A stretch of 61,814 bases of DNA, counting the filler, from Sphingomonadaceae bacterium (GTDB lineage: Bacteria > Chloroflexota > UBA6077): assembly GCA_050261575.1 (NCBI GenBank). It is 4 parts of 4 records of this genome, joined end to end, with 100 filler letters (N's around TTAATTAATTAA, not from the genome) between each part and the next. Parts side by side here need not be neighbours in the genome. Positions count along the whole stretch, not along the records: positions 12,780 to 35,519 come from JBLNDL010000087.1; 3 more parts are not named here. The stretch is one strand, 5' to 3'. Under the pieces are notes generated by a model that worked only from the letters and a program-made list of their open reading frames with translations, searched no databases and was not told the origin of the DNA. Numbering within the stretch: position 1 is the stretch's first letter; each line of letters begins with the position of its first letter. Of this stretch, positions 20,498 through 33,200 are shown in pieces. The position numbers and the translations under genes are program-made.

Positions 20498-21745
20498 CTA
20501 TAGATCCTTGGTGAGAGTGCTCAGGAACTCCCTGTTGTTGGGCGTCTTGGCCATTCGGGAGAGCACCAACTCTATCCCCTCGGTGGACCCGATGGCAGTC
20601 AGCATCCTGCGCATCGTCCACACCTGCTTCAGGGTCCACTCGTCCAGCAGCAACTCCTCCCGGCGGGTGCCGGACCGGGCGACGTCGATGGCCGGGAAGG
20701 TACGGCGCTCGGCGATCTTGCGATCCAGATGGAGTTCCATGTTGCCGGTGCCCTTGAACTCCTCGTAGATCACGTCGTCCATCCGGCTGCCGGTGTCCAC
20801 CAGGCAGGTCGCGATGACGGTGAGGCTCCCACCCTCCTCGATATTCCTGGCGGCGCCGAAGAAGCGCTTGGGCGGATAGAGGGCGATGGGATCGATGCCG
20901 CCGGAGAGGGTTCGCCCACTGGGCGGCATGGCCAGGTTGTAGGCCCTGGCGAGCCTCGTGATGCTATCCAGCAGGATCACCACATCCCGGCCGCACTCCA
21001 CGAGCCGCTTGGCCCGGTTGAGCGCCATCTCCGCCACGGTGGTGTGATCCTCCACCGGTTCGTCGAAGGTGGAACTGATCACCTCCGCCTTGACCGACCG
21101 CTTCATGTCGGTGACTTCCTCGGGGCGCTCGCCGATCAGGAGGACGATGAGGTGGATATCGGCGGAGTTGGCGGTAATGCCGTTGGCAATATGCTTCAGA
21201 ATGGTGGTCTTCCCCGCCTTGGGGGGCGACACGATGAGGCCGCGCTGCCCCCGCCCGATGGGCGCCACCAGGTTGATCAGCCGCTGGGTCAGGTTGTTGG
21301 AGACGGTCTCGAGGTTGATCAGCTCCCGGGGGAAGATGGCCGTCAGGGTATCGAAGTGGGGCCTCTTCTTGGCCACCTCGGGGTCCAACCCGTTCACAGC
21401 CTCCACCCGCAGCAGGCCGTAGTACTTCTCGCTGTCCTTGGGCGGCCGCACCTGCCCGGTGACCATGTCGCCCGTGCGCAGGCCGAAGCGCCGGATCTGG
21501 GACTGGGAGACGTACACATCGTTGCTGCCGGGCAGGTACCTCTCCTGTCGCAGGAAACCGAAGCCATCCTCGACGATCTCCAGGACACCACCGCGGAATA
21601 TGTTGCCCTGCTGTTCGGTCTGCGCTTGCAGCAACCGGAAGATCAAGTCCTGCTTGCGCAGCGTGCTGACACCGGCGATGCCCAACTCCTTCGCCATTTC
21701 TTGAAGTTCGTCTCTGGTCTTCGTCTCAAGTTCAGCTATATTCAC
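20498..21745 (-). CDS. rho: Transcription termination factor Rho
   Basis: [50 protein letters not shown]. Confidence 0.98.
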   Translation of the reverse strand: MNIAELETKTRDELQEMAKELGIAGVSTLRKQDLIFRLLQAQTEQQGNIFRGGVLEIVEDGFGFLRQERYLPGSNDVYVSQSQIRRFGLRTGDMVTGQVRPPKDSEKYYGLLRVEAVNGLDPEVAKKRPHFDTLTAIFPRELINLETVSNNLTQRLINLVAPIGRGQRGLIVSPPKAGKTTILKHIANGITANSADIHLIVLLIGERPEEVTDMKRSVKAEVISSTFDEPVEDHTTVAEMALNRAKRLVECGRDVVILLDSITRLARAYNLAMPPSGRTLSGGIDPIALYPPKRFFGAARNIEEGGSLTVIATCLVDTGSRMDDVIYEEFKGTGNMELHLDRKIAERRTFPAIDVARSGTRREELLLDEWTLKQVWTMRRMLTAIGSTEGIELVLSRMAKTPNNREFLSTLTKDL

Positions 21746-21984
21746 GAGTCACTCCGATTTGGACACGCCCAACCATCGATGGTGTGGGGCAGATCGTGAT
21801 GCCCGTCCAGCGTGGCCGGTGTCAGTTCGCCAAGGCTCAAGGGAGGTTTCTGCGCTGTGGGGTAAGACGCGGTCCCAAGCGGCATCTGCGCTATCGGTTG
21901 CCCGCCGGGATCGATAGCCGAGGGAAACCTAACAGTACCTACCGTCGAGGCATGTGTAACGGGTTCGGCACGTATCCAGTTTGG

Positions 21985-22014
21985 AGCATAGCAGCCCGTC
22001 GAGACCATTGTCAA
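21985..22014 (-). promoter_or_regulatory. Putative rho promoter
   Basis: TTGACA-N18-TATGCT with TG extension, followed by a ~230-nt leader. Confidence 0.45.
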
Positions 22015-23003
22015 GGTTTCTGGTAGGGAACGCTGGTGATCTTCATCAATTTGTCGAAGTTGTGGCTCGACTCGATCCTGCGGATCGTCCCGGAGCGGGA
22101 GCGCATCATGATCGACTCGGTCTCGGCTCCTCGCGACGTATACCGCACCCCGCGTACCAACTCGCCGCCCGTGACACCCGTCAGGGCGAGGAAAACGTCG
22201 TCGCAGTTGACGAGATCGTCGGTGGTCAGGATCTTGTCGGGTTCGAAACCCGCAGCCAGCGCCTTCCGCCGCTCCTCCTCGTTCCTGGGGACCATGCGGC
22301 ACTGGATCTCCCCACCCAGACACTTGAAAGCGCACGCTGCGATCACCGCCTCCGGCGCGCCTCCGATCCCCATCAGGAGGTCGACACCCGTGCCCTCCAT
22401 CGCCGTCATCATCGCGCCCGCCACGTCGCCGTCGCCGATCAGCTTGATCCTCGCTCCGGCATCCCGCACCTCCCGGATCAGCCCCTCGTGTCTGGGTCGA
22501 TCCAGGATCACCACCGTCACCTCCTCCGGTTCGAGTCCCTTGGCCTTGGCCACTCGGCGGATGTTCTCCGCGACAGGCGCGTCCAGGTGAATGCACCCCT
22601 TGCCCTGCGGACCGACGGCGATCTTCTGCATGTATACGATGCCCGGGGCGTAGAAGAGGCTACCGCGAGATGCGAGGGCGACCACCGAGATGGCATTGGG
22701 AAGCCCCTTGGAGGTGAGGGTCGTTCCGTCGACGGGATCCACCGCCACGTCGACCCTCGGGGGTTCGCCGGTGCCGACGTGCTCGCCGATGTACAGCATC
22801 GGGGCCTCGTCTTTCTCCCCCTCCCCGATCACCACGACGCCATCCATGGGAACCCAGTTCAGCACGTAGCGCATCGCCTCCACGGCGGCCGCATCGACAG
22901 CGTTCTTGTCTCCGCGACCCTGCCATCGAGCGCACGCCAGGGCCGCAGATTCGGTGACTCTCACCAGATCGAATCCAAGGTTGCGACCTATGGGCTCACC
23001 CAT
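22011..23003 (-). CDS. glpX: Fructose-1,6-bisphosphatase class II
   Basis: VVIGEGEKDEAPML, DVAVDPVDGT, LDRPRH, DGDVAG, GIGGAPE. Confidence 0.96.
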   Translation of the reverse strand: MGEPIGRNLGFDLVRVTESAALACARWQGRGDKNAVDAAAVEAMRYVLNWVPMDGVVVIGEGEKDEAPMLYIGEHVGTGEPPRVDVAVDPVDGTTLTSKGLPNAISVVALASRGSLFYAPGIVYMQKIAVGPQGKGCIHLDAPVAENIRRVAKAKGLEPEEVTVVILDRPRHEGLIREVRDAGARIKLIGDGDVAGAMMTAMEGTGVDLLMGIGGAPEAVIAACAFKCLGGEIQCRMVPRNEEERRKALAAGFEPDKILTTDDLVNCDDVFLALTGVTGGELVRGVRYTSRGAETESIMMRSRSGTIRRIESSHNFDKLMKITSVPYQKP

Positions 23004-23097
23004 GAACAACGACCTCCATCACCCACCAATCAACCATCCAGCTACCCGCTATCAACCATCAGCCCTCAGCTTGGAGCTGAGGGCTGACGACTGGGAA

Positions 23098-23745
23098 CTA
23101 TCCAGTCACCTTCTTCCAATCGGCGAGGAATCGCTCGATGCCGACGTCGGTGAGCGGATGCTTCACCATCTGCTTGAGGACCTTGAAGGGCACCGTGGCC
23201 ACGTCGGCCCCGATCTTGGCAGCCTGGACCACGTGGAGGGGATGCCGGATGCTGGCGGCCAGCACCTTGGTGGCCATGTTGCTCTTGCGGTAGATCTCCA
23301 CGATCTCCCCGACCACCGCCATCCCGTCGTGGCCCGCATCGTCCAGCCGCCCCAGGAACGGGCTGACGTAGGTGGCACCCGCGAGTCCCGCCAGCAGCGC
23401 CTGATTGGGCGAGAAGACCAGAGTGACGTTGGTCTTGATGCCATCCCTGGCGAGGGCCTTGGCTGCCTTGATCCCCTCCCAGGTCATGGGGATCTTGATA
23501 ACCACGTGAGGGGACCAGGTGGAGATCTCCCGAGCCTCCTTGATCATCCCCTCGGCGTCCAGGCTCACCACCTCGGCGCTGACGGGGCCCTGCACCAGTT
23601 CGCAGATCCGTTGAATGTGGCTCTTGAAATCCACCTTGCCGTGAGCAGCAACCAGTGTGGGATTGGTTGTGCAACCGCTAACTATCCCCCAGCTTACGGC
23701 CTCTTCTATCTCCTTGATGTCGGCCGTGTCGACGAACAGCTCCAT
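23098..23745 (-). CDS. tal: Transaldolase / fructose-6-phosphate aldolase family
   Basis: [35 protein letters not shown]. Confidence 0.9.
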   Translation of the reverse strand: MELFVDTADIKEIEEAVSWGIVSGCTTNPTLVAAHGKVDFKSHIQRICELVQGPVSAEVVSLDAEGMIKEAREISTWSPHVVIKIPMTWEGIKAAKALARDGIKTNVTLVFSPNQALLAGLAGATYVSPFLGRLDDAGHDGMAVVGEIVEIYRKSNMATKVLAASIRHPLHVVQAAKIGADVATVPFKVLKQMVKHPLTDVGIERFLADWKKVTG

Positions 23746-23757
23746 CGCACTAACTCC

Positions 23758-25401
23758 TCAGTTGATCAACTTTTCCAGCGGCAGCGGCCTCTGATCGCCC
23801 TCTCGCAGGCTGACCTTGCAGGCACGAATGAAGGCAGAGAACAGGGGATGGGGCCGGTTCGGCCTGGACTTGAACTCGGGGTGGAACTGAGTGCCCAGCA
23901 TCCACGGATGCCCGGCCAGCTCCGAGATCTCCACGAGCCGGCCATCGGGGGAGAGGCCGCTGTAGACGAGCCCCGCCACCCCCAACAGCTCCCTGTAGTC
24001 GTTGTTGAACTCGTAGCGATGCCGGTGTCGCTCGAAGATGATGTTCGTGGTGGCGTAGGCCTCAGCGGCCCGTGTTCCGGGGATCAACTGGCAGGGGTAC
24101 TGCCCGAGCCTCATCGTGCCGCCCTTCTCTCCCACGTCCCTCTGCTCGGGCAACAGGTCGATCACCGGCTGGGCGCTGAACATGTTGAACTCGGTGCTGT
24201 TCGGCTCGTTGGTGCCCAGGATGTGGCGCGCCAGTTCGATGACCATGATCTGCATCCCCAGGCAGAGGCCAAAGTAGGGGATGTCGTGCTCTCGGGCGTA
24301 GCGGGCCGCCAGGATCATCCCCTCCACGCCCCGATAGCCGAACCCACCGGGCACCACGATGCCGTTCAGCTCCTTCAGCCGATCGACACCCTCCCGCTCC
24401 AGATCCTCCGAGTCGATCCACACCAGCCGCACTCGACGGTCCTCGTGGAGCCCGGCGTGGAAGAGGGCCTCCTTGACACTCAGGTAGGAGTCATGCAGCC
24501 CCACGTACTTGCCGACGACCCCAACCACTACCTCATCCTTGGCCTGGTGGCTCCGATCGACCATCCTTCGCCACTCGCGCAGATCGGCCGGATGCTCGGG
24601 GAGCCCAAGCCGCTCCGCGACGAAGTCGCCGAGTCCGGACTCCTCCAGGATCAGCGGGACCTGGTAGATGCTGGGAACGGTCTCCAGGGGGATCACGGCG
24701 CGCTTCTCGACGTTGCAGAAGAGGGCGATCTTCTCCTTGAGCTCGTCGCTCACGGGGTAATCGGACCGGCAGACGATCACGTCGGGCTGGATGCCGATGC
24801 CGCGCAACTCCTTGACCGAGTGCTGGGTGGGCTTGGTCTTCAACTCGTGGGTGGAGCCGATGTAGGGGAGCAGGGTCAGATGGATGTAGAGGGTGTTCGC
24901 CTCGCCCACATCCCGCCGCATCTGGCGGATCGCCTCCAGGAACGGCAGGCTTTCGATGTCGCCCACCGTGCCACCAACCTCCACGATCACCACCTGGGCG
25001 CCCGTCTGCTTCGCCACCCGGGTGATCCGCTCCTTGATCTCGTTAGTGATGTGGGGGATAACCTGAATCGTGCCGCCGAGGAAGTCGCCCCGGCGCTCCC
25101 GCCCGATGACACTCTTGTAGATCTGGCCCGAGGTTACGTTGCTCGCTCGAGTGAGGCTCACGTCGATGAAGCGCTCGTAGTGCCCCAGATCGAGATCGGT
25201 CTCGGCCCCGTCGTCCGTGACAAACACCTCGCCGTGCTGAAAGGGGCTCATGGTCCCCGGATCGACGTTGATGTAGGGATCCAGCTTCTGCACCGAGACT
25301 GTAAAGCCGCGGCTCTTGAGGATCCGCCCCAACGAAGCCACGGTGATCCCCTTGCCCACCGAGGACACCACTCCACCCGTGACGAAAACGTATTTGGTCA
25401 T
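23758..25401 (-). CDS. pyrG: CTP synthase
   Basis: [54 protein letters not shown]. Confidence 0.98.
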   Translation of the reverse strand: MTKYVFVTGGVVSSVGKGITVASLGRILKSRGFTVSVQKLDPYINVDPGTMSPFQHGEVFVTDDGAETDLDLGHYERFIDVSLTRASNVTSGQIYKSVIGRERRGDFLGGTIQVIPHITNEIKERITRVAKQTGAQVVIVEVGGTVGDIESLPFLEAIRQMRRDVGEANTLYIHLTLLPYIGSTHELKTKPTQHSVKELRGIGIQPDVIVCRSDYPVSDELKEKIALFCNVEKRAVIPLETVPSIYQVPLILEESGLGDFVAERLGLPEHPADLREWRRMVDRSHQAKDEVVVGVVGKYVGLHDSYLSVKEALFHAGLHEDRRVRLVWIDSEDLEREGVDRLKELNGIVVPGGFGYRGVEGMILAARYAREHDIPYFGLCLGMQIMVIELARHILGTNEPNSTEFNMFSAQPVIDLLPEQRDVGEKGGTMRLGQYPCQLIPGTRAAEAYATTNIIFERHRHRYEFNNDYRELLGVAGLVYSGLSPDGRLVEISELAGHPWMLGTQFHPEFKSRPNRPHPLFSAFIRACKVSLREGDQRPLPLEKLIN

Positions 25402-25429
25402 CGGCTTCCCCCACATTCCTGCGTAGAGA

Positions 25430-26179
25430 TTACTTGCCCGCCAGCGCCACAAGCAACGGGGCGATCAGCAGTGCGGGCAGCATATTGGCCACTCGAATCC
25501 TGGTGATCCCCAAGATATTCATCCCGATGCCCACGATGAGGAGCCCACCGGCGGCCGTCATTTCCGTCACAACGGCCTCGGTAAGGAGGGGTTTCGCCCA
25601 GACCGCGCCCATGGTCAGCGCCCCCTGATACACCAGCACCACGAGGGATGACAGGGTCACACCCCAACCCAGGGAGGATGCCAGCGCCACTGCCGTGAAG
25701 CCATCCAGCACGGACTTCACCGCGAGCGTATCGTATACACCGGTGAGCCCATCCTGGAAAGAGCCGAGGATGGTCATGGGGCCCACGCAGAACACGAGGC
25801 TGGCGGTGACAAAACCCTTGCTGAAGAGGGACTCGCCACTGGTCGATCTTTCTACAACTTCTGCACGATTCGAGCCAGCCCTTCCACGCAGCCCCATCAC
25901 CCGAGCCTCAACCCAGTCCCCGAACGCCTCGAGGCCATCGTCGATCCTGGCCGCCTCTCCGAGCATGGCTCCCACCACAACCGCCCCAAGCACGATGATG
26001 GCGCTCCGTGTGGAGAGCGCCATTTGGAAGCCTATCAGGAGAGTCATCAGCCCGATGGCGTGCATCGCCGATTCTCTGAACCTCTCCGGCAGCCGCTCGC
26101 CTACCAGCGCCCCGACCGCGCCACCAACCAGCACCGTTGATACGTTGAGAAACGTCCCGGTCAAGACGATCCTTTCCAT
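25430..26179 (-). CDS. DUF554 family membrane protein
   Basis: [23 protein letters not shown] and IRVANMLP motifs. Confidence 0.85.
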   Translation of the reverse strand: MERIVLTGTFLNVSTVLVGGAVGALVGERLPERFRESAMHAIGLMTLLIGFQMALSTRSAIIVLGAVVVGAMLGEAARIDDGLEAFGDWVEARVMGLRGRAGSNRAEVVERSTSGESLFSKGFVTASLVFCVGPMTILGSFQDGLTGVYDTLAVKSVLDGFTAVALASSLGWGVTLSSLVVLVYQGALTMGAVWAKPLLTEAVVTEMTAAGGLLIVGIGMNILGITRIRVANMLPALLIAPLLVALAGK

Positions 26180-26282
26180 CGCGTGGCCACGGACTCGGGG
26201 CATGCCTAACCGGTCCCGCGGTCGTGAGCCCAGAATGGGGGATGAATGCAGTCCGTGATCAGGTGCGCCCGGCGGTTGGACG

Positions 26283-26612
26283 CTACAGCCTCTCGTAGCG
26301 CTCCACGTTCAGAACGAACACCGTTGCGCCGCCAACCTGGACCTCAACAGGATACGGCATGTAGAACTCGCCCGGCTCCATCACCGGTGGAAGGGGATTG
26401 ATATACTGAGTCCGAGTGTTGCAGCTAGCCTCGACCAGGGAGAGAACCTCATCCACCGCCTGGTCCTCCACGCCCACCAATACCGTGGAGTTGCCTTCCT
26501 TCAAGAAGCCGCCGGCGGTGTTTATGCGGGTGGCTCGGTATCCCTTTTCCGTGAGCGCATCGATCAGGGTGCCGGCATCCTCCCTCTGCACGATGGCCAC
26601 GACCAGCTTCAT
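26283..26612 (-). CDS. darA: Cyclic-di-AMP receptor, PII-like DarA/PstA
   Basis: MKLVVAIVQ.ED, TAGGFLKEGN.T and VQVGGATVFV; downstream of tmk as in Firmicutes. Confidence 0.9.
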   Translation of the reverse strand: MKLVVAIVQREDAGTLIDALTEKGYRATRINTAGGFLKEGNSTVLVGVEDQAVDEVLSLVEASCNTRTQYINPLPPVMEPGEFYMPYPVEVQVGGATVFVLNVERYERL

Positions 26613-27289
26613 CCTCTCCTCCCATCGCAACACCGGCTGCCGTATGCCCCCCTACGGTCCAGTAGGATGGACACTGCATCCATAATTCTAGCTTGAAGCG
26701 TCTCAAAGGGCAATGAAGCATCCAGCACCAGCCACCGCCCGGGATCGGCCTTCGCCATCTGGAGATAGCCCTCCCGCACCCGCTGGTGGAAGGCCAGCTC
26801 CTCCTCCTCGAAGCGATTCCACTCCTCGATCCCACCGGCCAGATAGGCGCCGCGCTTCCGCTCCAGGCCGACTCGGGGATCCAGATCCAGCAGAATGCAG
26901 AGATCGGGCTGCAGGCCGCCGGTGGCGAAGTCGACCACGGCCGCGAGCGCCTCCACATCCAGGCCTCGGGCGTAGCCCTGGTAGGCGATGGTGGAGTAGC
27001 TGAAGCGATCCGAGATCACCACCTGCCCCCGAGCCAGAGCCGGGCAGATCACATCCTCCACCAGTTGCGCTCGGGAGGCGCAGTAGAGCAGGGCCTCGCC
27101 ACGGGGAGAGATCTGCACCCCCGTGGCGGGGAGCAGAATCTGGCGGATTGCATCCCCCAGCGGGGTCCCACCCGGCTCCCGTGTGAGCACGACGGAATAG
27201 CCAGCCTCGGTCAGCTTCGCAGCCAGACCCCTCGCCTGGCTGCTCTTTCCGCCCCCCTCTGGGCCCTCGAAGACCAGAAACGCCCCCAC
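26609..27289 (-). CDS. tmk: Thymidylate kinase
   Basis: FEGPEGGGKS, TREPGGT, DRF..S..AYQG. Confidence 0.96.
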   Translation of the reverse strand: MGAFLVFEGPEGGGKSSQARGLAAKLTEAGYSVVLTREPGGTPLGDAIRQILLPATGVQISPRGEALLYCASRAQLVEDVICPALARGQVVISDRFSYSTIAYQGYARGLDVEALAAVVDFATGGLQPDLCILLDLDPRVGLERKRGAYLAGGIEEWNRFEEEELAFHQRVREGYLQMAKADPGRWLVLDASLPFETLQARIMDAVSILLDRRGAYGSRCCDGRRG

Positions 27290-28891
27290 CTACTCCTGCT
27301 CTGCCTTGAAGATTCTCACCCGCCGGTAAGGCTCCCGGCCCTTGCTGCGGCTGGCCAGATTGTACCGCTCGGCGAGTTGGTGCTGAAGTCGCCGGATGTA
27401 GGAACTCTGCGGTGAGAGTTCCACCGCCTTGTTGTTGGCCAGCACCTGGGACACCGCATCCTCGGCCTCCTGGAGGGCGTAGGCGGCGGGATCCGCCGTC
27501 TCCAGTTCGAAGATGTTGATTAGAGCCCCCTCGATCTGAGCATCGGTATTGCTCTTGATCACGTAGACGGGCACTCCCACCGCCTCAGCCTCTCGCAGGG
27601 CCTGAGGCTTCTTCCGATAGTAGTTCTTGGAGGTGAGCACGACATCGGCGGAGCCCGGATCCTTGACGATGGTCACGGGTAGCCTGAGCGACCTCACCAT
27701 GTTCTCCAGGCGGTCCCGGCTGATCCCAAAGGGGTAGATGCGGGTTGGCTTCCCCTCGGCCTTCCGCGCTGCGAAGGGGGCAGGGGGTGGAGCGGCTTGC
27801 TCGGCCGCGGGGGCCGGGCGTCTTGGGGCGCCTCTCTCCGGGATGGGCACCGCGTGCAGGGCCCGACCCCGCTCGATGTGGACCTGGCCGTCCGGCGTTC
27901 GATACCGAACCTCGGGCGGGATGGGCGCTCCCCTCAGGATAGAGTCCACCACATCGGCCACGTTTGCGTGTACTGCCACCCTGTCTCTGTCGAGGATCTC
28001 CACCACCACGTCGAAGGTGGGCGGAGCCTTCCTCTCCAGGATCGACTTCTGCGTGCCCCTCCGTCGGGCCTCCTCGTCACCGAGGGTGACGCTCTGGATC
28101 CCGCCGATCAGGTCGGAGAGGGTGGGGTTCATCATCAGGTTGTCCAGGGTGATGCCGTGGGCGGTCCCAACCAGTTGAACGCCTCGCTCGGCGATCGTGC
28201 GCGCCGCGGCGGCCTCGAGCTCAGTGCCGATCTCGTCGATGACGATCACCTCCGGCATGTGGTTCTCCACCGCCTCGATCATCACGGCGTGCTGCATGCT
28301 GGGGGTGACCACCTGCATGCGGCGGGCACGCCCGATGGCCGGATGGGGGATGTCGCCGTCGCCTGCGATCTCGTTGGAAGTGTCCACGATGATGACTCGC
28401 TTGCGGAACTCGTCGGCCAGGACTCTAGCCACCTCCCGCAGCATGGTGGTCTTGCCCACACCTGGACGGCCCAGCAGCAGGATGCTCTTTCCCGACTCCA
28501 CGATGTCGCGGATGACGGCGATGGTCCCGAAGACGGCTCGGCCAACCCGACAGGTAAGCCCGATGATCTTCCCCGAGCGGTTGCGGATGGCCGAGATCCG
28601 GTGGAGGGTACGCTCTATACCGGCCCGGTTGTCGTCGCCGAAGACGCCGATGCGCTCGATGGTGTAATCCAAGTCCTCTTCGGTGATCTCGTGAGGGCTT
28701 AACAGCTTCTCCGAAGCCGGGAACCTGGCCTCCGGCGGGCGCCCCAGATCCATCACCACCTCGAGGAGATCGTTGCGGTTCTCCGAGGACTTCAGCGGAT
28801 CGCCGATGTGAGGGGGGAGAGCGTCGAGGAGGGCATCGATGTCGTCCGTGACAACTTGCTCAGCCGTCTGATGCACCTTTTCCATTTGCAT
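27290..28891 (-). CDS. Ycf45/SpoIIIAA-like AAA ATPase with C-terminal R3H domain
   Basis: [47 protein letters not shown]. Confidence 0.9.
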   Translation of the reverse strand: MQMEKVHQTAEQVVTDDIDALLDALPPHIGDPLKSSENRNDLLEVVMDLGRPPEARFPASEKLLSPHEITEEDLDYTIERIGVFGDDNRAGIERTLHRISAIRNRSGKIIGLTCRVGRAVFGTIAVIRDIVESGKSILLLGRPGVGKTTMLREVARVLADEFRKRVIIVDTSNEIAGDGDIPHPAIGRARRMQVVTPSMQHAVMIEAVENHMPEVIVIDEIGTELEAAAARTIAERGVQLVGTAHGITLDNLMMNPTLSDLIGGIQSVTLGDEEARRRGTQKSILERKAPPTFDVVVEILDRDRVAVHANVADVVDSILRGAPIPPEVRYRTPDGQVHIERGRALHAVPIPERGAPRRPAPAAEQAAPPPAPFAARKAEGKPTRIYPFGISRDRLENMVRSLRLPVTIVKDPGSADVVLTSKNYYRKKPQALREAEAVGVPVYVIKSNTDAQIEGALINIFELETADPAAYALQEAEDAVSQVLANNKAVELSPQSSYIRRLQHQLAERYNLASRSKGREPYRRVRIFKAEQE

Positions 28892-29054
28892 CCTGCTTCA
28901 CCTCAAAGGGCAGACGTTGCCCTCCGCCCCTCGCCGCGAGCGAGCGGCGGGGAGTCGGGAGATCGACATATTCGCCCGCGAGGCGCATAAAGCTTGCCAG
29001 CGCCCCAGAAGGGGTCCTGGGTGGAGATGACTCAGCACTCGGTCCTCAGCCTCC

Positions 29055-30005
29055 CTAGGCTCGTACTGGCACCAGGGCGCGGCCGGGAACGCGTACCGCC
29101 AACTGCCGCGCGAAGACCAGGTAGTCGGCCGTTCGGGTGAAGCCTCGGCTCTCCAGCGCCGCGCCGAGGCCGGCCTGATAGTCGCGGACGGTGAAGTAGA
29201 CCGGCACCTTGGAGCTCACCTGGCTCAGGGAATAGGTCAGCATCTCCTCCACTGCCGACTGCTCGGACGGGTGCACCAACAGCTCCATCAGTTGGCTCTT
29301 GCCGCCGAAGGTAACCTGGAGCCACCCCACCACGGTGTTCCCGTTCTCCCACACGAAGTGCTGGCGGCGGCCGCCGAGACTGGGCGTCCAGAGGCGGCTC
29401 CCGCGCTCCAGGGATAGCCATTCGTCGACCGTCATGGCCTCGGCGCTGCGCACACGGCAGGGAACGGCGGCGTTGTAGAGTTGGAAGAGAGCGGGAGTGT
29501 CTTGCCGGAGCCGTGGCCTGGCCCGACGGATGTCGGGCTCGCCGGTTGCCCCAGGGAGTCGAGCCGAGTAGAGGGTCTCAGTGGCGTAGTTGACGAAGCC
29601 TGCCTGGTGGGCGATCCTGGCGGTCTCTCCGTCCACCGGGGTGACCAGGAACAGTCTTCTCGCCCCCCTTCGCGCCGATTCCGAGGCCAGATGCTCCAGC
29701 AGTTCCACTCCCGCGGCGCGGTCGTCCCTGGCGACCAGCAGAGACTCCACGTCCCAGGCGAGCTTCCCCGCCCTCGGATTGGCGATGGCCAAGCCGAGCA
29801 CGATGCCCTCGCCGAGGGACAGCCAGGCTTGGCCCCCACCGGTGCGGGTAGCCACACGAGACAGGCGTGTCCACCGGCCCCGCCCCTTCGAGCCCTCACA
29901 CAACTCCGGCCAAACCTGCGCCGTCACTTCGCGGTGGGCGTCGCGGCGGAAGAAGGATATCAGCGAAACGAGGTCCGTGGGACGGATAGCACGTATCGTC
30001 GGCAT
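29055..30005 (-). CDS. Tandem GNAT-fold protein
   Basis: Two repeats with IR-P-x-D starts and x-GF endings typical of GNAT folds. Confidence 0.6.
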   Translation of the reverse strand: MPTIRAIRPTDLVSLISFFRRDAHREVTAQVWPELCEGSKGRGRWTRLSRVATRTGGGQAWLSLGEGIVLGLAIANPRAGKLAWDVESLLVARDDRAAGVELLEHLASESARRGARRLFLVTPVDGETARIAHQAGFVNYATETLYSARLPGATGEPDIRRARPRLRQDTPALFQLYNAAVPCRVRSAEAMTVDEWLSLERGSRLWTPSLGGRRQHFVWENGNTVVGWLQVTFGGKSQLMELLVHPSEQSAVEEMLTYSLSQVSSKVPVYFTVRDYQAGLGAALESRGFTRTADYLVFARQLAVRVPGRALVPVRA

Positions 30006-30227
30006 TTCTCCGGAGCCGCTGTCCTGCAGTTGATCGGCCCGAATCGATTCTACACCAAAAGCCGCTATTCAGCTATCAGCCGTCGGAGGCAGGGGATGGA
30101 CTGCCGTGGGGTCACCGGTGGGGTGGGGTTTCCACCCCGCCGTCCATCGTAGTGCAGGGGCAGCAACCCTGCCGGTCCGGCCTGCGCCCTCGAACCGCCT
30201 GCCAGCAGCCGGCACCCGGGGCCGCGG

Positions 30228-33200
30228 TCAATCGCCGGCGGCCTGTAACGCCACGTGGAACCGGCTTCCGACTCCAACCTCGCTCTCCACCCACACCCTT
30301 CCGCCGTGCAGCTCTACCAGGCTCTTCACGATCGATAGTCCCAATCCCGTCCCGCGGATCCGCCTCGTCAACGCCCCCTCCACTCGATGGAACGGGGTGA
30401 AGATGTCGGTGAGCTGGTCGGACGGGATCCCATAACCCTGATCCTCCACGGTGAACAGGACCCATGGCCGAGCATTTCCCTCTCCGATGTGGAAGTGGTC
30501 CAGGCCGTCCTCCCAGCCTCGCCTCGCCCGCAACACGATGTTGGAGCCGTCGGGGGAGTACTTGATGGCATTGGAGAGGAGGTTCTCCATCACCTGCCCC
30601 AGCCGCTCCGGATCCGCCTGCACCCGGGGAAGCCCTTCCTCGACCTCCACCATCAGTCGCCTCTCCCCGGCCCTCGCTCGAACACAGTCCACGCTCTTCT
30701 CCAGCACCAGTGCCGGCTCCAGAGGCTCGGGGCTCAACGCGACCCGACCCGCATCCAGCCTAGAGACATCCAGGAAGTCGTTGACGAGGGTCTCCAGCTT
30801 GAGCCCTTCGTTGTAGATGTGCTCGGCGCAACTGCGGCGCTCCTCTGCCGACTGATCCCTGGTCAGCAGCAGCTCCGAGAAACCGATGATGCTGGTGAGA
30901 GGAGTTCGGAACTCGTGGGAGACCACGGAGATGATGTTGGACTTCAGCTTGTCCATCTGCCAGTCACGGCCTACGTCACGCAAGACCGCGACGCCGCCGA
31001 TGATCGCCCTGAGGTCATCCCGAATCGGGGCTACACTCAAGATCGTCGGCAGGCGATCCCCCCAGGCTGTGGGGGTGAACACGAGGGTGGGCTCGGGCAC
31101 CTTCCCCTCTCGCAGGGCCACCGAAAGGGGACAGCCGGCATCGCAGCAAGGATTGCCCTCCTCGTCTGTGTGCAACAGCACCTTCCGGCAAAGCCTGCCC
31201 ACCATCTCCTCGGCGCGCCGGCCTACCATCGCTTCCAGCCAGGGATTCACGGAGGTAATCCGGCCGTCCCTGTCCGTGGCATAAACCCCCTCACTCATGG
31301 AGCCCACGATCGCCTCTGTCCGGGCCTTCTGGGACTGCACTTCCTGAAACAGACGGGCGTTCTCCATAGCCACCGCCACCTGCCCCGCCATCGCCCTTGC
31401 CAGAGCTATCTCCTCCTCCGAGAACCCCGGTCTGTCCCCCTTCCTCCCCAAGCAGGCCGTACCGATCGCCCGGTCCCCAACCGCCAGGGGAACGATGACA
31501 GCCACCGCCAGCCCCAGCTTCTCGAGAAACGACAGTTCGGCCGGGGAGGTAGATGGATGGTCCGGCCCCACGACCACGGGTTCCCGCTCGGCCATCGCCC
31601 TGACCGAGTGGGGGAGACTGTCCAGAGGGACCTCCATCCCAACCCATTCCGGAATCGAACCCACGAGTTGCTGAATCGCCCGCACCGTGAGCGTCCGGCG
31701 ATGCCAATCGACCGTGGTGATGGAGTAGCAGTCGGCGTTCAGGGCCCGCAGCCCCTCCTCCACGGCCCGCTCTATCACGACGTCCAGGCTGAGCTGCTCG
31801 CTCACCGCTCGGCTCAGGCGGAGGAGGCTCCCCAGCTCTCGCACCCTGGCCCTCAGGCGCTCGTCGGTCTCACCGTAGAGGCGGGCGTTCTCAACGGCCA
31901 GCGACAGTTGGGTCGCCATGGCTCGTACCAGATCCACCTCCCTTTTCGTCCATCGACGAGGCTGGTGAAGCTGGTACAGCTCCAGCGCCCCGATGGGCTC
32001 GTCGTCCCGGAACAGCGAAGCCCCCAAAACGGACCGCACACCGGCATTTCGGGCCAGCAGCCGCAACGTCTTCGGCAGCGGCTCCTTCTCCAGGTCCTCC
32101 AAGACGGTGGGCTCGCGGCTCATCATCTTCGTCCGAACGAGGGGGTCGTCCCGCCAAGGGAGGGAAAGATCCCCCACAGGGGGTATCCCCTCAGCTCGAG
32201 CCTCCCACAGTGACCAGAAGCCCCCGGCTCTCTGAGGCGCCAGGGCGACCGCGCAACGAGAGCAGCCCGTGGCGGCCTGCAACTCCCTGACGGCGGTGTT
32301 CATCACCTGGTCGAGATTGAGGGAAGAGCCGATGGCGGAGGCGATTCGGTGGATCAGCGCCTCATTAGCCGCCCGCTCCCGGGCCTCCTGGAGCAGCCGC
32401 GCGTTGTCGATGGCCAGCGCCATCCTCTCCGCCACCACCTCCATCAGTTGGAGGTGGTGGCGATCGAAGTGGTTGGGACGGCGGCTCTCCAGACGGAACA
32501 CCCCGATCGTCCTCCCCCGAGCCTTCAGAGGCACGGCGAGGAGAGAGTGCACGCCACGTTGCCGCGTGGCGACCGTGTCGTCCAGATCCTCGTCGTCCAC
32601 CTCTGCGACGAGCCGCGGGCGCCCGTCCTGGGCCACCTTGCCAGAGATCTCTACTCCCAACCTCCGGGTGAACTCCCACGGCTTCTCTTCGGCCATCCAT
32701 CTGGCGCCCCGAATGCTGAGCTCCTCGCCGGCCTCGTCCAGCAGCAGGACCATCCCGCTGTCGGCCCCCACGATCTCGATGCACCGCTCCAGCAGGGCGT
32801 CCAGCAGACTGTCCAGATCGAGGGTGGAGAGGGCCGCGTCGGTCACCCGGTGCAGGGCCGAGAGGCGAGCAAGGAGTCCCCGCTCGATCTCCACCATCTG
32901 GGCGTTGGCAAACACCCCAGCGATCTGGCCCGCCACCTGCTCCAGCAGTTCGACGTCTCGCGAGCCGTAGGCCCCAGGGGTGGCCGAGACGAGGGTCATG
33001 GCCCCCAGCGGCTCCCCCCTCTCGATCAGCGGCACCCGGACGACTGAGCGCATGCGGGATTTCGCGTACATCTCGTCGGAGGGAAACGTTTGCTCCAACT
33101 CCAGGTCGTAGATCACGTGGGGACGCCTATGCCTCACCACCCACTCGACTCCGGAGCCGGCCAATGGCCTGATGTCGCCCGGATTGAGTCCCTCCGCGTC

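Noticed and set aside
22906..25506. 866-aa plus-strand ORF and similar long ORFs (30387-32213, 52721-54559, 5111-6400, 58615-59979)
   Set aside because: Antisense shadows of well-supported genes in high-GC DNA, with no recognisable motifs.
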